Below are positions 11,601 to 24,333 of a stretch of DNA of 60,377 nt, one piece after another. The stretch lies in NCBI GenBank assembly GCA_002633005.1, contig NMRA01000405.1, positions 315,274 to 375,650 on the forward strand, given 5' to 3'. The notes beneath the pieces were generated by a model that was not told where the DNA came from, did no database searches, and saw only the letters and a list, made by a program, of their open reading frames with translations. The DNA comes from Phoronis australis. Its lineage: Eukaryota > Animalia > Phoronida. Position 1 is the stretch's first letter. The number at the start of each line of letters is the position of its first letter. The position numbers and the translations under genes were made by a program.

Positions 11601-14600
11601 TGCCAAAACACATACTCGAAAACAGTAAAAATGGCCACTAGGTGGCGCAAAATACCTCGAATCTATCCGAAAACGGGAGGATAGCGTTATCACACCAATA
11701 GATGCATATATTCCAAATTTTATGAAGTCAAAGTCATCGGAAAATCATAGTCAGTCATCCTCTTCATAGTAAGAACATACATGCCAATTTTCACAATCAT
11801 CCCTAAAGCTGTTTGATTGATATCAGGACGGATGCCAAAAAACAGACTCGAAAACAGTAAAAGTGACCACTAGGTGGCGTAAACTGCATCGAATCCACTG
11901 GAAAATGACAGGAAAGCATCTTCTCACTAATTGATGCCTACAATCCAAATTTTATGAAAAAACGTTGAGGACTTCCGAAGATACAGAGTTAAGCGTAAAA
12001 AAATTAAAATTGTCACTAGGGGGCACATCGGTAGTCGGAGCTTCGAAATTCGTCGTCATTCGTTGTCAGCTTCATAGGAACACATCTGCCAAATCTCATC
12101 AAGATCCTGTGAGGGCCTTAGGAGATACAGCTGCGGACCCCGGACGCCCAGACAGAGATGACGGCAATATGCGACCACATATCAATATGTGGCGCATAAA
12201 AAGTTATTTACCAAATTTCATAAAAATTTGTTAAGGAATTTTCAGAGAAACAAAGGAAAATGGAAAACAATGAAATTGCTGCTACGAGGCATAGTGTTCG
12301 TCAGATCCAACTGAAAGTCGCCGTCATCTGTTGTTAACTTCATATGAATACACTTTAAATACTAAATATAATAATGATCCTCGCAGTGGGTTTAGGAGAT
12401 ACAGCTATGAGCACAAAAAAAAACAAAACAAAACTGCCACTACAAAGTCGTCATCGTCAACTGTTCTCTTCACACTGAAAACACTTACGCCAATTTTCAA
12501 AATCATCCTTAGAATCATTTGGTTGATAGAGGAGAGGACGCCAAAAAACAGACTCGAAAAAGCAAAAATGCACAATACGTGGTGCAAAATACCTCGAATC
12601 CATCCAAAAACCTGAGGATGGTGTCATCTCACCAATAGATGCATATATGCAATTTTTTTTTTAAATCTGTTGAGAGCCTTTGAAGATACAGAGGTAAACT
12701 TAAAAAATAAAATTGCCACTAGGGGTCACACCAGTAGTCGGATCCGCCTGAAACTTCACCCATGCTGTCCCATCCATGAAAGAAACATATCTGCAAAATT
12801 TCATGAACATACGTCAAAGGGTTTTGGAGATAGAGCAGTGGACGCTGGACGGACGCCAGACGGACAACGGATGGGCATGACAGCATACTGCGTCCACATA
12901 AACATTTTTGGCGCATAAAAATATTAGGGTTCAATTTACCTGAATTTCACAGATGCACATCAGTCCGGCCTGCTTAAAGTGGTTCTGAAAATGCTCCTCA
13001 GTGCGTCGAGTTGCAGGCATGAACTCCTAAAATTGCAAATGACACTTGAATGTGCTCTGACAAAGTGTACAATGCTTGCATACTCTAGACAAGAAACAAA
13101 CTAAACACACAAGAGAAGCACAAGTATGAGATGAGCTGGATGTGTACGCACTAACATTGGCTTGACGATAAAGACAACGGTAAATTAAAAAGAAATTCTG
13201 TACTCAAGCTATGAGCTTCATTTTATAAAACAAAAATCTAACCATGATCCAAGTAGCAATTTAACTTCTGAGCTGGAAGATACCACTGACATTAAAATCA
13301 GACAGGTTAAAACATGAAAAGCAAAGTTTACTATAAACCACTTTCAATGCAATGACAATCCTAGATTTTCAAACACTCAGGTCAGGTTATGTCCAGCTTA
13401 ACACCCACACTGTCATTTTTTCAACCTTTTCATTTAAAAATGTCCCAAGCATAACTCGAATAAACACACAGCACTTTAATACAGAAAAAAAACACAAACT
13501 GAAAATGTCTTAGCCAAGGGAAGTAAATCTGATGCCTCACCATGATGCGGCTGTCCAGCTGACATTTGCGTAGAACCGTCTTAATACTGGTAGCATCTCG
13601 CATATCCAGCCACTGACGAAACACTATGGTGACAAAATCCAGGGAGATGTCTACAAACAGATGGTTATATTCAAAAGGGATGGACCTAAGGTTAAAAATC
13701 ATTAATCACGACTAGAGAAGTCACATACGTTAGAGACAAACCTCCTCAGAACAACACAACAACTTATCAGCAACAAGTTCTATAACTGGACAACATCGTA
13801 GATTTGTGTTGACGGACACCACCATCAAATAACTCCAACTTGCCGATGTGTGTTTGTGGCAGCCGCGATGCCTGCCACATCCCGGCAACTTCCCTTCTTG
13901 AGTTACCTAAAGACACTGTGTTTGCTAAAGGGTGTCACGCATTCATCAAAACAACTCTTGTATGCCACTGTCATAAAATTGGCAGCCCTGGGGTACCAAG
14001 ATCACAATAAGAGTGGGGAGTTGATGGAATGTGCTTCTGATCCCATTCTAAGATGGATGAATTTGAAACATGAATTTCAAAAAACTTATCCTTAATGCCA
14101 GGCCCACTTAATATAACGTAATGGTGGACAGTGCCTTACAAGTCCTACTGGCAAAGCTCATTATCAAAATGCCAGCTGATGCCTTAAGGTTGAAGTAGAT
14201 ACACAGAAAGCTGTTGGACGATGAAGCTCAACTCTGCAATTTCTCCACTTATGAGTGTTCTCGGTGAGATGACCTGATGCTATCCAACAGCTTGATGTCC
14301 CAAGACAAACATGGCTCACATTGAATCAACTTTCAAATTTCACAGGAAGTGATTGGCCAACCTTCAAGTCAAGTTAAATTTCAGGACCCCAACTTTGCAA
14401 GAGGAAAAAACACAATTCAGGTTACTTACTATCCTTTGTGAGGTGGTCCTCAAACAAGCTACTCAGAACCTTGGCGGGGGCTAGACCCTGAACGATGAAC
14501 AGCGCCAGCATCTTGGCTAACCGTTCACGCTCTTCCACTTGGTAGCCTTTGAGGAACTTGAGAATCTGCAACATAATTAGAATCCTGTTTAATGCAGTGA

Positions 14601-17600
14601 ATAAGGAAGTCGTACAGATGATGTCTACAACAATGTTGTTGGTGTTAATATCAACCACTGAGTTGCTGGTGTTGATATCAAATGCAATGGTATTGGAGTT
14701 GATATCAAGTGCAATGCTGTTGGTGTTGATATCAACTACACTGTTGTTGGTGTTAACTTCAACAACAGTGTTGTTAGTGTCGATATCAACAGCAAAGCTG
14801 CTGGTGTTGATATCAGCTGGAGTTGCCACCAGCTGGCGTTGATATCAGCTGGCGTTGATATCAGCTGGTGTTGATATCAGCTGGTGTTGATATCAGCTGG
14901 TGTTGATATCAGCTGGTGTTGATATCAGCAGCAGTATTGTTGATAGGAAGCAGATGTTTCAAAGTCTAGTGAAGTTGAGTAAAAACATGTTACACAGCAA
15001 TATTGAAGCCAGAATATAATGGTTTTGCAACAGGAATTTTTATAACATAGCAAATAAAATGTTTTTAAAATGTGCACTTAATGATACTCTTTGTGCTTTA
15101 TAAGTTAACAAGAGCAATGCGGAGCACTGAAATGCACCCACGACATCACCAAGATCCCTCAGTGGGTTTAGGAGATGCAGCTATGGGCGCAAACCAAACC
15201 AAAACTACCACTAGGAGGCGCCAGAGTAGTCGAAGTCGTCATCGTCAACCGCCCTCTTCACACTGAGAACATATACGCCAATTTTTGAAATCATCCTTAG
15301 AATGGTTTGGTTGATCCAGGGGTGATCGCCAAAAACAGACTCAGAAACATAAAAAACGGCCACCATGTAGCGCAAACTACATGGAATCCATCCGAAAACG
15401 AAAGGATAGCATTATGTCACTAAGATAGATGCCTATATGCAAAATTTTATGAAAATACGTTGAGGAACTTTGAAGATACAGAGATAAACGTAAAAAGCTA
15501 AAATTGCCACTAGGGAGTACACTGGCAGTAGGATCCGTCCAAAAGTTCGACCATGCTGTCCCATGCATGAAAGGAACAAGTGTGCAAAATTTCATGAGCT
15601 TACGTTGAACTGTTCTGGAGATAGAGCAGCGAACGCCGGACGGACGGACGGACGGAGATGACGGCACAATGCATCCACACATAAATATGTGGGCGCATCA
15701 AAGTGCGTCATACCTTCCGACCAACGGTAGTGGTTTTATGTTCTTAGATAGTGAAACTTAAGGAAAGAGTACCACAGACTCATAGATTAAGAGAACTTGA
15801 TTAGAAGCTGTGAGTATAAACCCTCAGTGGTGAAAGCAGTGAAAAAAGAGGGTTAGAATCTCACACCGAGTTCAAATCCCTTCAAGACTTCAGGTGCCCG
15901 CATTATCGGCATGGGAGTTAAAATACAAACCACAACAGCAACCGCGGGATGTTGTGTGTTGGGCTAGAACAACTTCACGTGCAAGAGACTCAACTTTTTA
16001 CCGAGATTTCATGCGTCTTAGACAGGTAGAGGAATGACGGAAATATATCCAAGGTAACAGCTGAGTTTTCAATGCAGCATGTCTGCAAGATTTCAAGATC
16101 CTATGACATTGAGCTGTTAAGAACAAACAAGAGCAATGCAGAGCGTTGAAATGTGCCCACAATTGCACCGTATACGGTATCCTTCTAGGGTTGTTTATTG
16201 GTACTATAAAGTGGCCAGTAGAGGGCATATATATAGTATGTTGTACTTTGCAAAATGGAAAGGCATGGTCATTGTCTCCTCAATAGGCTAGGGGCAAAAT
16301 GTGAGTAATCTTCATAATACAAGCACATCCTATACACCAGTTGCTTAAAGCACCACAGAAACATAGAATTAAAAACAAATTTACCAACATACGAGATTAG
16401 CACAGCATTAGAATGCCAGAAACAAATTTCTACTTGGAACTTTTCCTTCATAGTCACGAAGTAACACAAAGTATACACCTGAAGACCTATGAAAATACAG
16501 AGGTCAATGTAAAATACTAAAATTGCCACTAGAGGCAAATACTAAAATTGCCACTAGAGGCATACCGGTAATCAGAATCATCCTAAAGTCGTCATCGTCC
16601 GTTGTCAACATCACATAAATACACTTGCTAAATTTAGTAAAGATCCTGCAAACGGTTTGGGAGATACAGCCATGGGCGCAAAAAAACAAAACTGCCACTA
16701 GGAGGCGCCACAGTAGTCCAAATCGTCTGAAAATCATTGTCAGCTGTCTTCCACATAGTAAGCACATACACGCCAATTTTCACAATCATCCTTTGAGCGG
16801 TTTGGTTGATAGAGGGGTGGACGCAAAAATACAGACTCGAAAACAGTAAAAATGGCCACTAGGTGGCGCAAACTATGTCGAATCCATCTGAAAACGGGAG
16901 GATAGCATCATCTCACTAATAGGTGCCAACATACCAAATTTCATGAAAATCCGTTCAGGACTTTTGAAGATACAAAGCGTAAAAAACTAAAATTGCCACT
17001 AGGGGGCACACCGGTAGTCGGATCCGTCCGAAAGTTCGCACATGCCGTCCCATTCATGAATGGAACATATGTGCCAAATTTCATGAACATATGTAAAAGG
17101 GTTTTGGAGATAGAGCAGCGGATGCCGGACACCGCCCGGACGGACGGACAGACGGACGGAGATGACGGCATAATGCCTTCACATATAAATATGTGGGAGC
17201 ATAAAAAGGCAACAAACCTCCAGAGATGAACCTGAGGCAAGTGCAATCCTTTGGTGGACTTACCTTGCATAGTTCCTCTCTGAACGGGTGTTCAAGGTAG
17301 ATGAAACGACGGAAGAGTCTAGCAAACACCTAAAACAGCAAAGGTTCACAGTTTATCCATAGCTTCCATGGAGGACATCTGAGTCACTTTCAGTCAAGAG
17401 GAGGCAGATACATTAGGATTCCTACTAAATTCAGGGGAAAGGTGATGTCTCAGCCTTCTAACAGGAATTTTTCAGTGAGGGGATATTCCTCCTCTCTGGT
17501 TGCTACCAATGCCACCCCCCCCTAACAAACAATACCAACAGGGCTTGGAATGACAAATGGCGAAAAACGCGGAAAATTTTACGGCCCGAAACATGCGCGC

Positions 17601-20600
17601 AGCCAGCCTTGAAAAAGTCAGTGTGGACCTTTTGCCGACAAAAATCGAGAGGACTAAAAAAAAAACGGTACCACCTCCGGAAACGTGCGTCTGTCTGTCT
17701 TAGCTCGTCCGCCACTCCCGCCTCCAAACATTTTTGGCTGCAGAGTCCTAGTATTTGTCACCGCGGTTTAAAATCACACGAGCCGCCATTGAGGAAATCC
17801 GCCACGCTATCCCAGATGCCCCGGCAATGTTGACAATTTACGTTCCTCCGAAACATAAAGAGCAACTTCCGCTTTTCGAGGTGAAAGTTGTCGGCAACGC
17901 CGCGGTAAGAAAGAAATTTGCCGCGGAAATTTTATATCAAGTCCGATTTTTTTACGCGGAAATATAATAAAATACGCAGACAGAACATTTGAAAAAAGCG
18001 GAAATCCGCGTTTCCGCGGAAAATTCCAAGCCCTGTACCAAGCACACGCTTTTACTTTTACTCCTGTCAGGTAGAGCACTAAAGACAGAGAAGAATGACT
18101 TTCTCTGTTCCATACTCGGTAATTACACTCGCAATTGTAATGTGTATTCTGCTTCACATTGAGGTTTTTAGCAATGAGACTGCCGATTTTTGCAAGTGAA
18201 GGCCCTTCTCAGGCAAACAATTTGTGTGAACTTAAACTGATTCTAATCTCGAGGGGAATTTTTGATCCTTGGCACTTGTCACTTTCTGGCCTGACTAGGG
18301 AATTTTAAGTGATTGCATATTTTTTCACACCTCAATGAGCCCTATGTTTGGCTCCAAAAACGAACCATCAAAGGTCCAGAACATTTGCATTAGGCAATCA
18401 ATGTCTGCAGTAAGGCAAACGAAGTGACTCAGCCAGCAGTTGGCTCAAACGAAGGCCCCTGTGTCCGTTCCAATTAGTTTTCTACTAGATACCTCACAAA
18501 ACAAAGGCTGCTGTTCTTCGCTGGCGGAGAAGACACACAACTCTGTACGGTAGGTTTTACCAGAATCCTCTTCAACACTACCTCCAGGTGCTGAAAAGAC
18601 ACCCAACCAGTCCAGTTAGTGGCTGAGGAAATCTGTGGCATTTTGACCCCAACTGCGTAGACTGAGTGAATTTGCAAGGGGTCCAGCTGGCAACGCTCAA
18701 TGACAACAAGGTGATGACATTTCACAACTGATTTTTTCTTCTAAAAATGCAGTCACAATCATGCTGGTCTAGGGAAACTCAACACCTGATTAACTTGTGA
18801 TCAGAACAGTTGTCTTTCACAGAGCAACAACAGAATAAGGTGGTTATGCCTTGGCAAAACCTGGGAATCTACTATGCGTGTACGTTCATCAAATACCTAC
18901 CAGTTGTCTGGTCACAGTCGATTGTGTCACTTTAAGTTGGGCACAACTTGCATCAACGTGGCACGATTTTGCCATGTGAGCGAACACTCCGTCATTTGCA
19001 CCAACTTGAATTAATCAGGTGTCAAGTTGATCAAGCACAATAAACTGTCTGACTGCAACTGAAGGCTCATAACAATAAACTGTCTGACTGCAACTGAAGG
19101 CTCATAACAATAAACCGACACCATTAGCCTGATAAAATGCATCCCTAATAGATTCATTGACTTCCTAGTACATTTGACATAATAGGTTATGACTTCACAT
19201 GCAAAAGCTTTCAACAGAGAAAAGCTTTTAATGCATGGCATTGATACCTTAATTAAATGTCTTACAACTGATTCTCACTACAAAATTCCAACTCAACTGC
19301 AAAGCAGGGAGCACAATACACTCACCTAAAATTCCACCAGCAAACAAAATGTCAAAGAGGGTTTCAGCATAGCGTCGATAATCAAGTTTTGCACCGTCAC
19401 CCTGCAGATAGCTGGAGATCTGAAAAAAGTCATTAGTTCACAATTTCATCTTCCCTTGCGCGCAAGCTGTTTGATGACTGCATTCAAGCGACTTGAAGTC
19501 TCGCAATGAAACTTCATTTTTGATTGTTAACTTCTTTAGCCAAGTCTAACTTCCGCATATTATATTATCGTTTTTTCAGACCTTCGTGTTTTTTTTCCAT
19601 TAGGGTCACAGTAGGTTGTAAGGGCCTGAGCATGGGTGTTAACCCGAACGTTTACGGTAATTCAAAGCATCCCCAGTCATCGCGACATCCATAGCAGGAT
19701 CAGAAGCACAATCAATTACACATCCATTCTTGTACCGCACTCATCACATGCGTGTTCTAATTCGGAGATAAAATGCTGATGAATCCCTCTCGGAAACCTT
19801 CATTAACAGCAAGGCTACAAACCGAGTAGGCACGGTTAATTTTACTTCGAATAGATATCGTTAGGTCTGCTTGCGGCTAATGAGCTTACCTGCTCTAAAT
19901 CAGAACCAGCCTCCTTGAATCCTTGGACAATAGAATCACGGAACCCAATGGGGTCGTATTTCTCTTTTTCATCTGAAATATAACACACGATACATGAATT
20001 GACAATCTAATTTCCTATAAGAACAAAGCTAAAAGTAGAAATTTTGTTCACGAGTCTGAAAACTTGTTAACACACTTCCAATTTTCATGTATGACCATTA
20101 TCTACATCTCCAAAGTCATGCCCAAAAATCTGTGAACAGATTCCAATTAGTCATATTTACAAAAAATCTGACTGTGTAGACAGCCTTTACAGAACAAGTG
20201 CAGGGTCCTCGATTTTGGGGCCTGAAATTGACCTCATTAACCCCTGAAAAACATTTAGTAATCTTGAGAATTCCCTTGAAGTTAATAATCACTTCTAAGT
20301 CACATAAGCAATGATTCGAAACAACACAAAACATTAGTTTTTGTTGTATTTGAGGCAGAGCCAATGGGGGAGGGGGGGAGGTGGAGTTGTTGAAAGTGTT
20401 ATTGGTGGTGAAGCTACAAGCACCTTTCCCCCCTAAGGTGCCCGAGGGCTTTGGAGTGCTTGGCGAAATTAAACATAACAATTAACACGGATCTGACACT
20501 GTTATTGGCAATTGGAAACTGCATATCAAATTACTTATCTAAAAGAAATCTGGTCCAAACGTTCACGTAAGACAAATGTGAAAATGGTTTCTTAATTTCT

Positions 20601-23600
20601 TTAGTTATTGAAACAGCTGGCCGGAAAGATTGCCGCATTATTTGTTTGAGTAGTAAGGATTTAAGAGTGGTTCCGTATAAAAACCAACAGGTAGAGTCTA
20701 TACCAAAATCACAGATTTTTTGAGACTTAGCCCAATCATGAGTTTGGTTTGGTGAGATGTAGACATTTCGGTTTTTAAGAATTTCCATCCATTATTTCTC
20801 TTTTTATGACATGTACCTCCACTATGTACTGACTGATTTTTGAAAATCTTCTGGTTTTTATATAGTAAGACTGCCTCTTAACTTGACATTGATAGACTTC
20901 AGATGTATTCATCTACATGCGAACACTCATGTTCTGGTGTCAAAAACAGCTTTGTTCAAAGGTTTACCTTACATAAGGCTAAATCCAGTCTGTTCATACC
21001 CAGGTCTACAATGATTTTTATTTTCTAAGCAACAGGCAATGTCGAGCCAGTTTAAGTGTGATATGATTTTTTGACTCTAATCATTGCTTTGAAAAATAAA
21101 AGTTTCAGAAAACTTGGGTTAATTGATATGGTGAAAAGTTTACTTGGGTACGACTTCATGTTATGTAGGACCTTATTGACAAGTGTGTGTATTGAGCCGG
21201 ATAACCACAAAACTGGAGAGTTCAACTCAGTACAAGTAGGTATTTTCTGAAAGTAGAAAGTTTTCAGAATTTGATTTTTGACTTTTCACCAGACTGACAT
21301 TACATGGGTCACGTGACTATGTCTCTTACAGTAAAATTTAGCAAAAACGGAATGAACTGTCAACAGTAGAACAATGTTATTCAAAAACATGACTAAATTC
21401 CGTTTACAGGTTCACCATGAAATCTAAAAGACATCATTTCGTCTTCACTTTATAATTTTTATTTCTTTCAAAAAAAATTAAGAAGGTCCTATATTTTGGT
21501 AGCATATCACACAAAGATCAAACGTTTTAAATTAAAACAATTCACAAGTTCAGCGTTATAGAGAACAGCGCATCAAGTATATTGAAAGTTCCATATGAAG
21601 CCAATCACTAACTCACCTTTGAGCCATTAACGCATTAAAAAGGCACAAGTACACTGCAACAGTGCGCCTCCCATGCACATCTTTTAAAATGCAACAGTTA
21701 CACTCTTCCAAAAATACAAGTCATATAGTCAATTTACAGCCAGTGTGTTCTTACTCTATCACAGCTGAACAGTCTGTTTTAAAGTATTTGTCAGACTGCA
21801 TTTTTGTACGGAATTTTTAAATAAAAATGCAACTTTTGCATGATAATGACTCTGTTCTTATTCCAATTGCCCTTGGGGTGTCTGTTTTGTATGTTACCAC
21901 TTTAATTACATAAGGTGCGCCCAAAGGGCACAGGTTCAAACCTGGTCAGGAATGTGCCTGCTCACATCATATATGACCTTCCAAAGTTAATCAAATTTGG
22001 TCCACCGTAAATCACTCAACCGTGTTCGGTTAGTATCGTGACATGGTTTTGGGAATAACACTGCATGATACGGGTTACGTGAGTCCCGAGGGTACGTCAT
22101 TAGTGCAAAGGTCACCTATTTGCAGAACTTTGTTTTCACATTTACAAGTTGTCAATGAATACAACTGCACTTTATTTCGCTCACATGATGTTCAAATAAC
22201 ATTGTCATTTAGTTCCTGCTGTACATTAGCATAGATAGGAGCATGCAAATATCTTTAACAATTTTGAAAACAAGTCCATCATTACCAACATGCAGGCAAT
22301 TTACAATGACTGCAACACGGGAGTTTCTCTTGATCCTTTTAGTACATACCTCTCATACAATATGAAATAAAGGGCGTGTATCCAGCTCCATCACAATCTC
22401 CCGCAAGTCTCACAAGGGTTCTCAATCTCCCTACAACATGCTGTATAAGTCTATTACTATCTACCATATGATTGTCTGTTGCCCAATCTTTGTTTGGGAT
22501 CATTCATTGTCTCTCATATTTGGTATATATCAATAAATGATCCTAAACGAAGATCAGCACTAGCCAATCACATGAATCATAGTATAACTAGCGAGTCACA
22601 TGGTGGCGAGATTGAGAAGCTTGTGAGACTTCCAGATCATAAGACAGCTGGAAAGCAAGTACACACTCTTTTTATTACATATATTGGTAATAGTTGGATA
22701 CATGGGTTCTACACAGTGACCACCGTCTCTAGCTGACTAGAGATGGTGTAATTCCTATAGTAACTTCATACGCCAAAAGATTTTCCGTGAATTATGCCTC
22801 ACAATGACTGAAACATAAAATTCAGGTAGTTATAAATACCTTATGAGCGTAAAACACCTTAGGAGGCCCTTGATACTATTCAATTCCTTCCAACTCGAAG
22901 AAATACTCCAGTTAGTAAACTTTTTCTTTGAGTAGTCCCCCATTCAGCTCCCAAAATCAGTAACTGGCCACTTTTACACTGCGCACGCCAGGGGATATGA
23001 CATCATACCTCCTGCCTGCCACACACAGTGATAAATATGGCGAGTTTCCGATTTTTGGGAATTGAACTAGGGACTGCTTGAAGAAAAAGTTTGATAGCGG
23101 GAGTATTTGTTCAACTTGAAATTAATTAATTACATCAACGGCCTTTAGTGGTGTACCTCTAAGCGCAAAAGGTATTTATGACAAGGTGACTTTGATGTTT
23201 TAGTCATAGTGGGGCATAACTTGCCGAAAAGCTTCTGGCATATGAAGCTCCCATAGGAGCTACACCGTCACTAATCACCTAGAGAATGTGGTCACTGTCT
23301 ACATGGGTCCTAGGCAACAAGTAGCCAATCGGTTGGCCGGTTAGGGGCAACAATACCTCCCATCGCTTTCAGTACGAATTTCGTCCCGTGTACATGTATT
23401 TTACACGGGCTGTAGGCCAAATCCGGTCACTGATTAAGAGTTTTCAACTCGTCAAATATACATTCTACACTCAAAACTATCACTTAAAAATGTGATTACT
23501 TTCTTCAGTGATCCTTTCTGCTTCTACACATATCTTCGATGAAGCATATCTACTAGAATTACGGTGTCTTTGGAGAAGAATTCCAACTCCACTTTTTTGG

Positions 23601-24322
23601 TCACCGTTACCTTTTTCACCATGCACAATAACTACAAAGTATTTCAACTGAGTCACGTGAGTTAGGCAAAGGCTAGAGTGAGACTGAGCGAAGTGCGTGA
23701 CCTGGCGCGTGACACTTGCAGTTTAATAGCATAGGAAGATATCAGCTGGAATTTGTGTCCCGTCAACAGGCGTGATTTCACGTAACTTCCTCAAAATGGC
23801 ACCCGTTGAGAGAAACTCAAACGAACTGCGACAGATTTTCATAGATATGTTCAAGTTATGTTGACTGAATTGTATTCAGAGTCATGGTATGTATCAATTA
23901 TAACTTCATGTGCATTTATGCATGTTTCATTCGATTTGAAATGCGTAACTTTTTATGGGGAAGTACTATCGCCCCTGTATGCCTGAAGCATTCAGGGCAA
24001 TGTAACTGCCTGATTTGAGAACCATGATTTGAGAACCAGTAACTCCCAACAAATAACGTCTCTTATTCAGTGATAGTAATTGGTTCTCAGATCAATTTGA
24101 AATCAGGGGCCCACCTATCCAACTTTTGCAACACACACACACACACACATATATATATATGTGTGTATATAGTGTATGACATGTATGTGCTAAAAAGATA
24201 GAGATAAGCAAGCTCCATGGCGTGGGCAGCACTGCCTATCTCATCACTGATGATCACATACCCCTCTTTCTGGTCTTAATACGTTGACCTGATAGCACTG
24301 GTTTTTCTGCCTTCTGATTCAT
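2630..24322 (-). CDS. BZW: Basic leucine zipper and W2 domain-containing protein (eIF5-mimic protein, 5MP/BZW1-2/krasavietz family), 12 coding exons, 423 aa
   Basis: Hand-spliced exons (minus): 24322-24262, 19972-19890, 19419-19326, 18590-18493, 17329-17264, 14565-14430, 13650-13541, 13026-12940, 11229-11080, 7776-7557, 4428-4306, 2673-2630; total 1272 nt, all GT-AG with consistent phases. Translation [91 protein letters not shown] matches recalled BZW family motifs. Confidence 0.95.
3285..3789. mobile_element. hAT-like MITE family C (TIR CAGGGCTTGGAAT), 6-bp TSD ATCAGA
   Basis: Terminal inverted repeats and an exact 6-bp flanking duplication; near-identical to 17539-18035. Confidence 0.85.
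4306..4428 (-). CDS. BZW: BZW coding exon 11 (W2 aromatic/acidic boxes)
   Basis: [40 protein letters not shown]. Confidence 0.94.
4610..6570 (+). mobile_element. Helentron-associated (DINE-1/HINE-like) family A copy, interrupted by nested insertions
   Basis: AACAAGAG terminus with ATGCACCCAC subterminal repeat; roughly 150-bp internal subunits resume after 5884. Confidence 0.65.
4748..5881. mobile_element. Non-autonomous TIR element (ISL2EU/Harbinger-like) with a nested HINE family B fragment (~4975-5640)
   Basis: Imperfect TIRs AGGCCTTTTGCGAGTTT / AAACTCGCAAGTGAGCT, inner inverted TGTGACGTCACGGGAAG, AT on both flanks; host sequence is continuous when it is removed. Confidence 0.55.
7557..7776 (-). 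CDS. BZW: BZW coding exon 10 (W2 domain)
   Basis: [26 protein letters not shown]...[20 protein letters not shown]. Confidence 0.94.
7779..8106. repeat. ~31-33-bp minisatellite spanning the assembly gap (N run 7850-7973)
   Basis: GAGACACAGAGCAGAGTGAACATGGGGGATATT units on both sides of the gap. Confidence 0.9.
8391..9396 (+). mobile_element. Old Kolobok-like remnant with THAP N-terminus at 8658
   Basis: [25 protein letters not shown] (THAP C2CH start, then frameshift); diverged AGG..CCT termini. Confidence 0.5.
9823..10814. mobile_element. hAT-like MITE family C, longer variant, 6-bp TSD ATTACA
   Basis: CAGGGCTTGGAAT...ATTCCAAGCCTTG; ATTACA on both sides. Confidence 0.8.
11080..11229 (-). 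CDS. BZW: BZW coding exon 9
   Basis: [50 protein letters not shown]. Confidence 0.9.
11578..12920 (+). mobile_element. HINE family A, two tandem partial copies
   Basis: Internal subunits plus two terminal hairpins (GCG..CACAT..ATGTGGCGCAT-AAAA) ending ~12200 and ~12918. Confidence 0.7.
12940..13026 (-). CDS. BZW: BZW coding exon 8
   Basis: [29 protein letters not shown]. Confidence 0.9.
13541..13650 (-). CDS. BZW: BZW coding exon 7
   Basis: [36 protein letters not shown]. Confidence 0.9.
14430..14565 (-). CDS. BZW: BZW coding exon 6
   Basis: [45 protein letters not shown]. Confidence 0.92.
14625..14930. repeat. Degenerate GTTGATATCA-core minisatellite grading into a 15-bp TCAGCTGGTGTTGATA array
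   Basis: Visible tandem units. Confidence 0.85.
15107..15700 (+). mobile_element. HINE family A copy with both ends
   Basis: AACAAGAGCAATGC start, (GGAC)n microsatellite, terminal hairpin ..ATGTGGGCGCAT. Confidence 0.75.
16126..17206 (+). mobile_element. HINE family A copy with both ends
   Basis: AACAAGAGCAATGC start, subunits, (GGAC)n, hairpin, AAAAA. Confidence 0.75.
17264..17329 (-). CDS. BZW: BZW coding exon 5
   Basis: [22 protein letters not shown]; TTTTAG acceptor, GTAAG donor. Confidence 0.88.
17539..18035. mobile_element. hAT-like MITE family C, 6-bp TSD TACCAA
   Basis: Same TIRs; TACCAA on both sides. Confidence 0.85.
18493..18590 (-). CDS. BZW: BZW coding exon 4
   Basis: [33 protein letters not shown]. 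Confidence 0.88.
19326..19419 (-). CDS. BZW: BZW coding exon 3
   Basis: [31 protein letters not shown]. Confidence 0.93.
19890..19972 (-). CDS. BZW: BZW coding exon 2
   Basis: [28 protein letters not shown]; AG/GT boundaries. Confidence 0.92.
22710..23301. mobile_element. Palindromic MITE family D (Academ/MuDR-like), 9-bp TSD CATGGGTTC/CATGGGTCC
   Basis: TACACAGTGACCAC...GTGGTCACTGTCTA; arms of about 290 bp; centre ATGACATCAT. Confidence 0.75.
23316..23998 (+). mobile_element. HINE family B copy
   Basis: AACAAG start; subterminal IR AGGGGCAACAATACCTCCCAT / ATGGGGAAGTACTATCGCCCCT; terminal hairpin CCCTGTATGC..GCATTCAGGG; homologous to 4975-5640. Confidence 0.65.
24133..24170. repeat. (CA)n/(TA)n microsatellite
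   Basis: Direct observation. Confidence 0.85.
24262..24322 (-). CDS. BZW: BZW coding exon 1 (start codon)
   Basis: [20 protein letters not shown]; donor GTATG; acceptor TTTCAG 11 nt upstream of the ATG. Confidence 0.92.
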
Positions 24323-24333
24323 ACAACAGTTTT

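Noticed and set aside
14566-14842. Asn/Ile-rich ORF extension upstream of BZW exon 6
   Set aside because: Read-through of a minisatellite; the true acceptor is at 14565
18485-18493. U12-type intron donor (GTATCT) after BZW exon 4
   Set aside because: Does not match the GTATCCTT consensus; treated as an ordinary U2 intron
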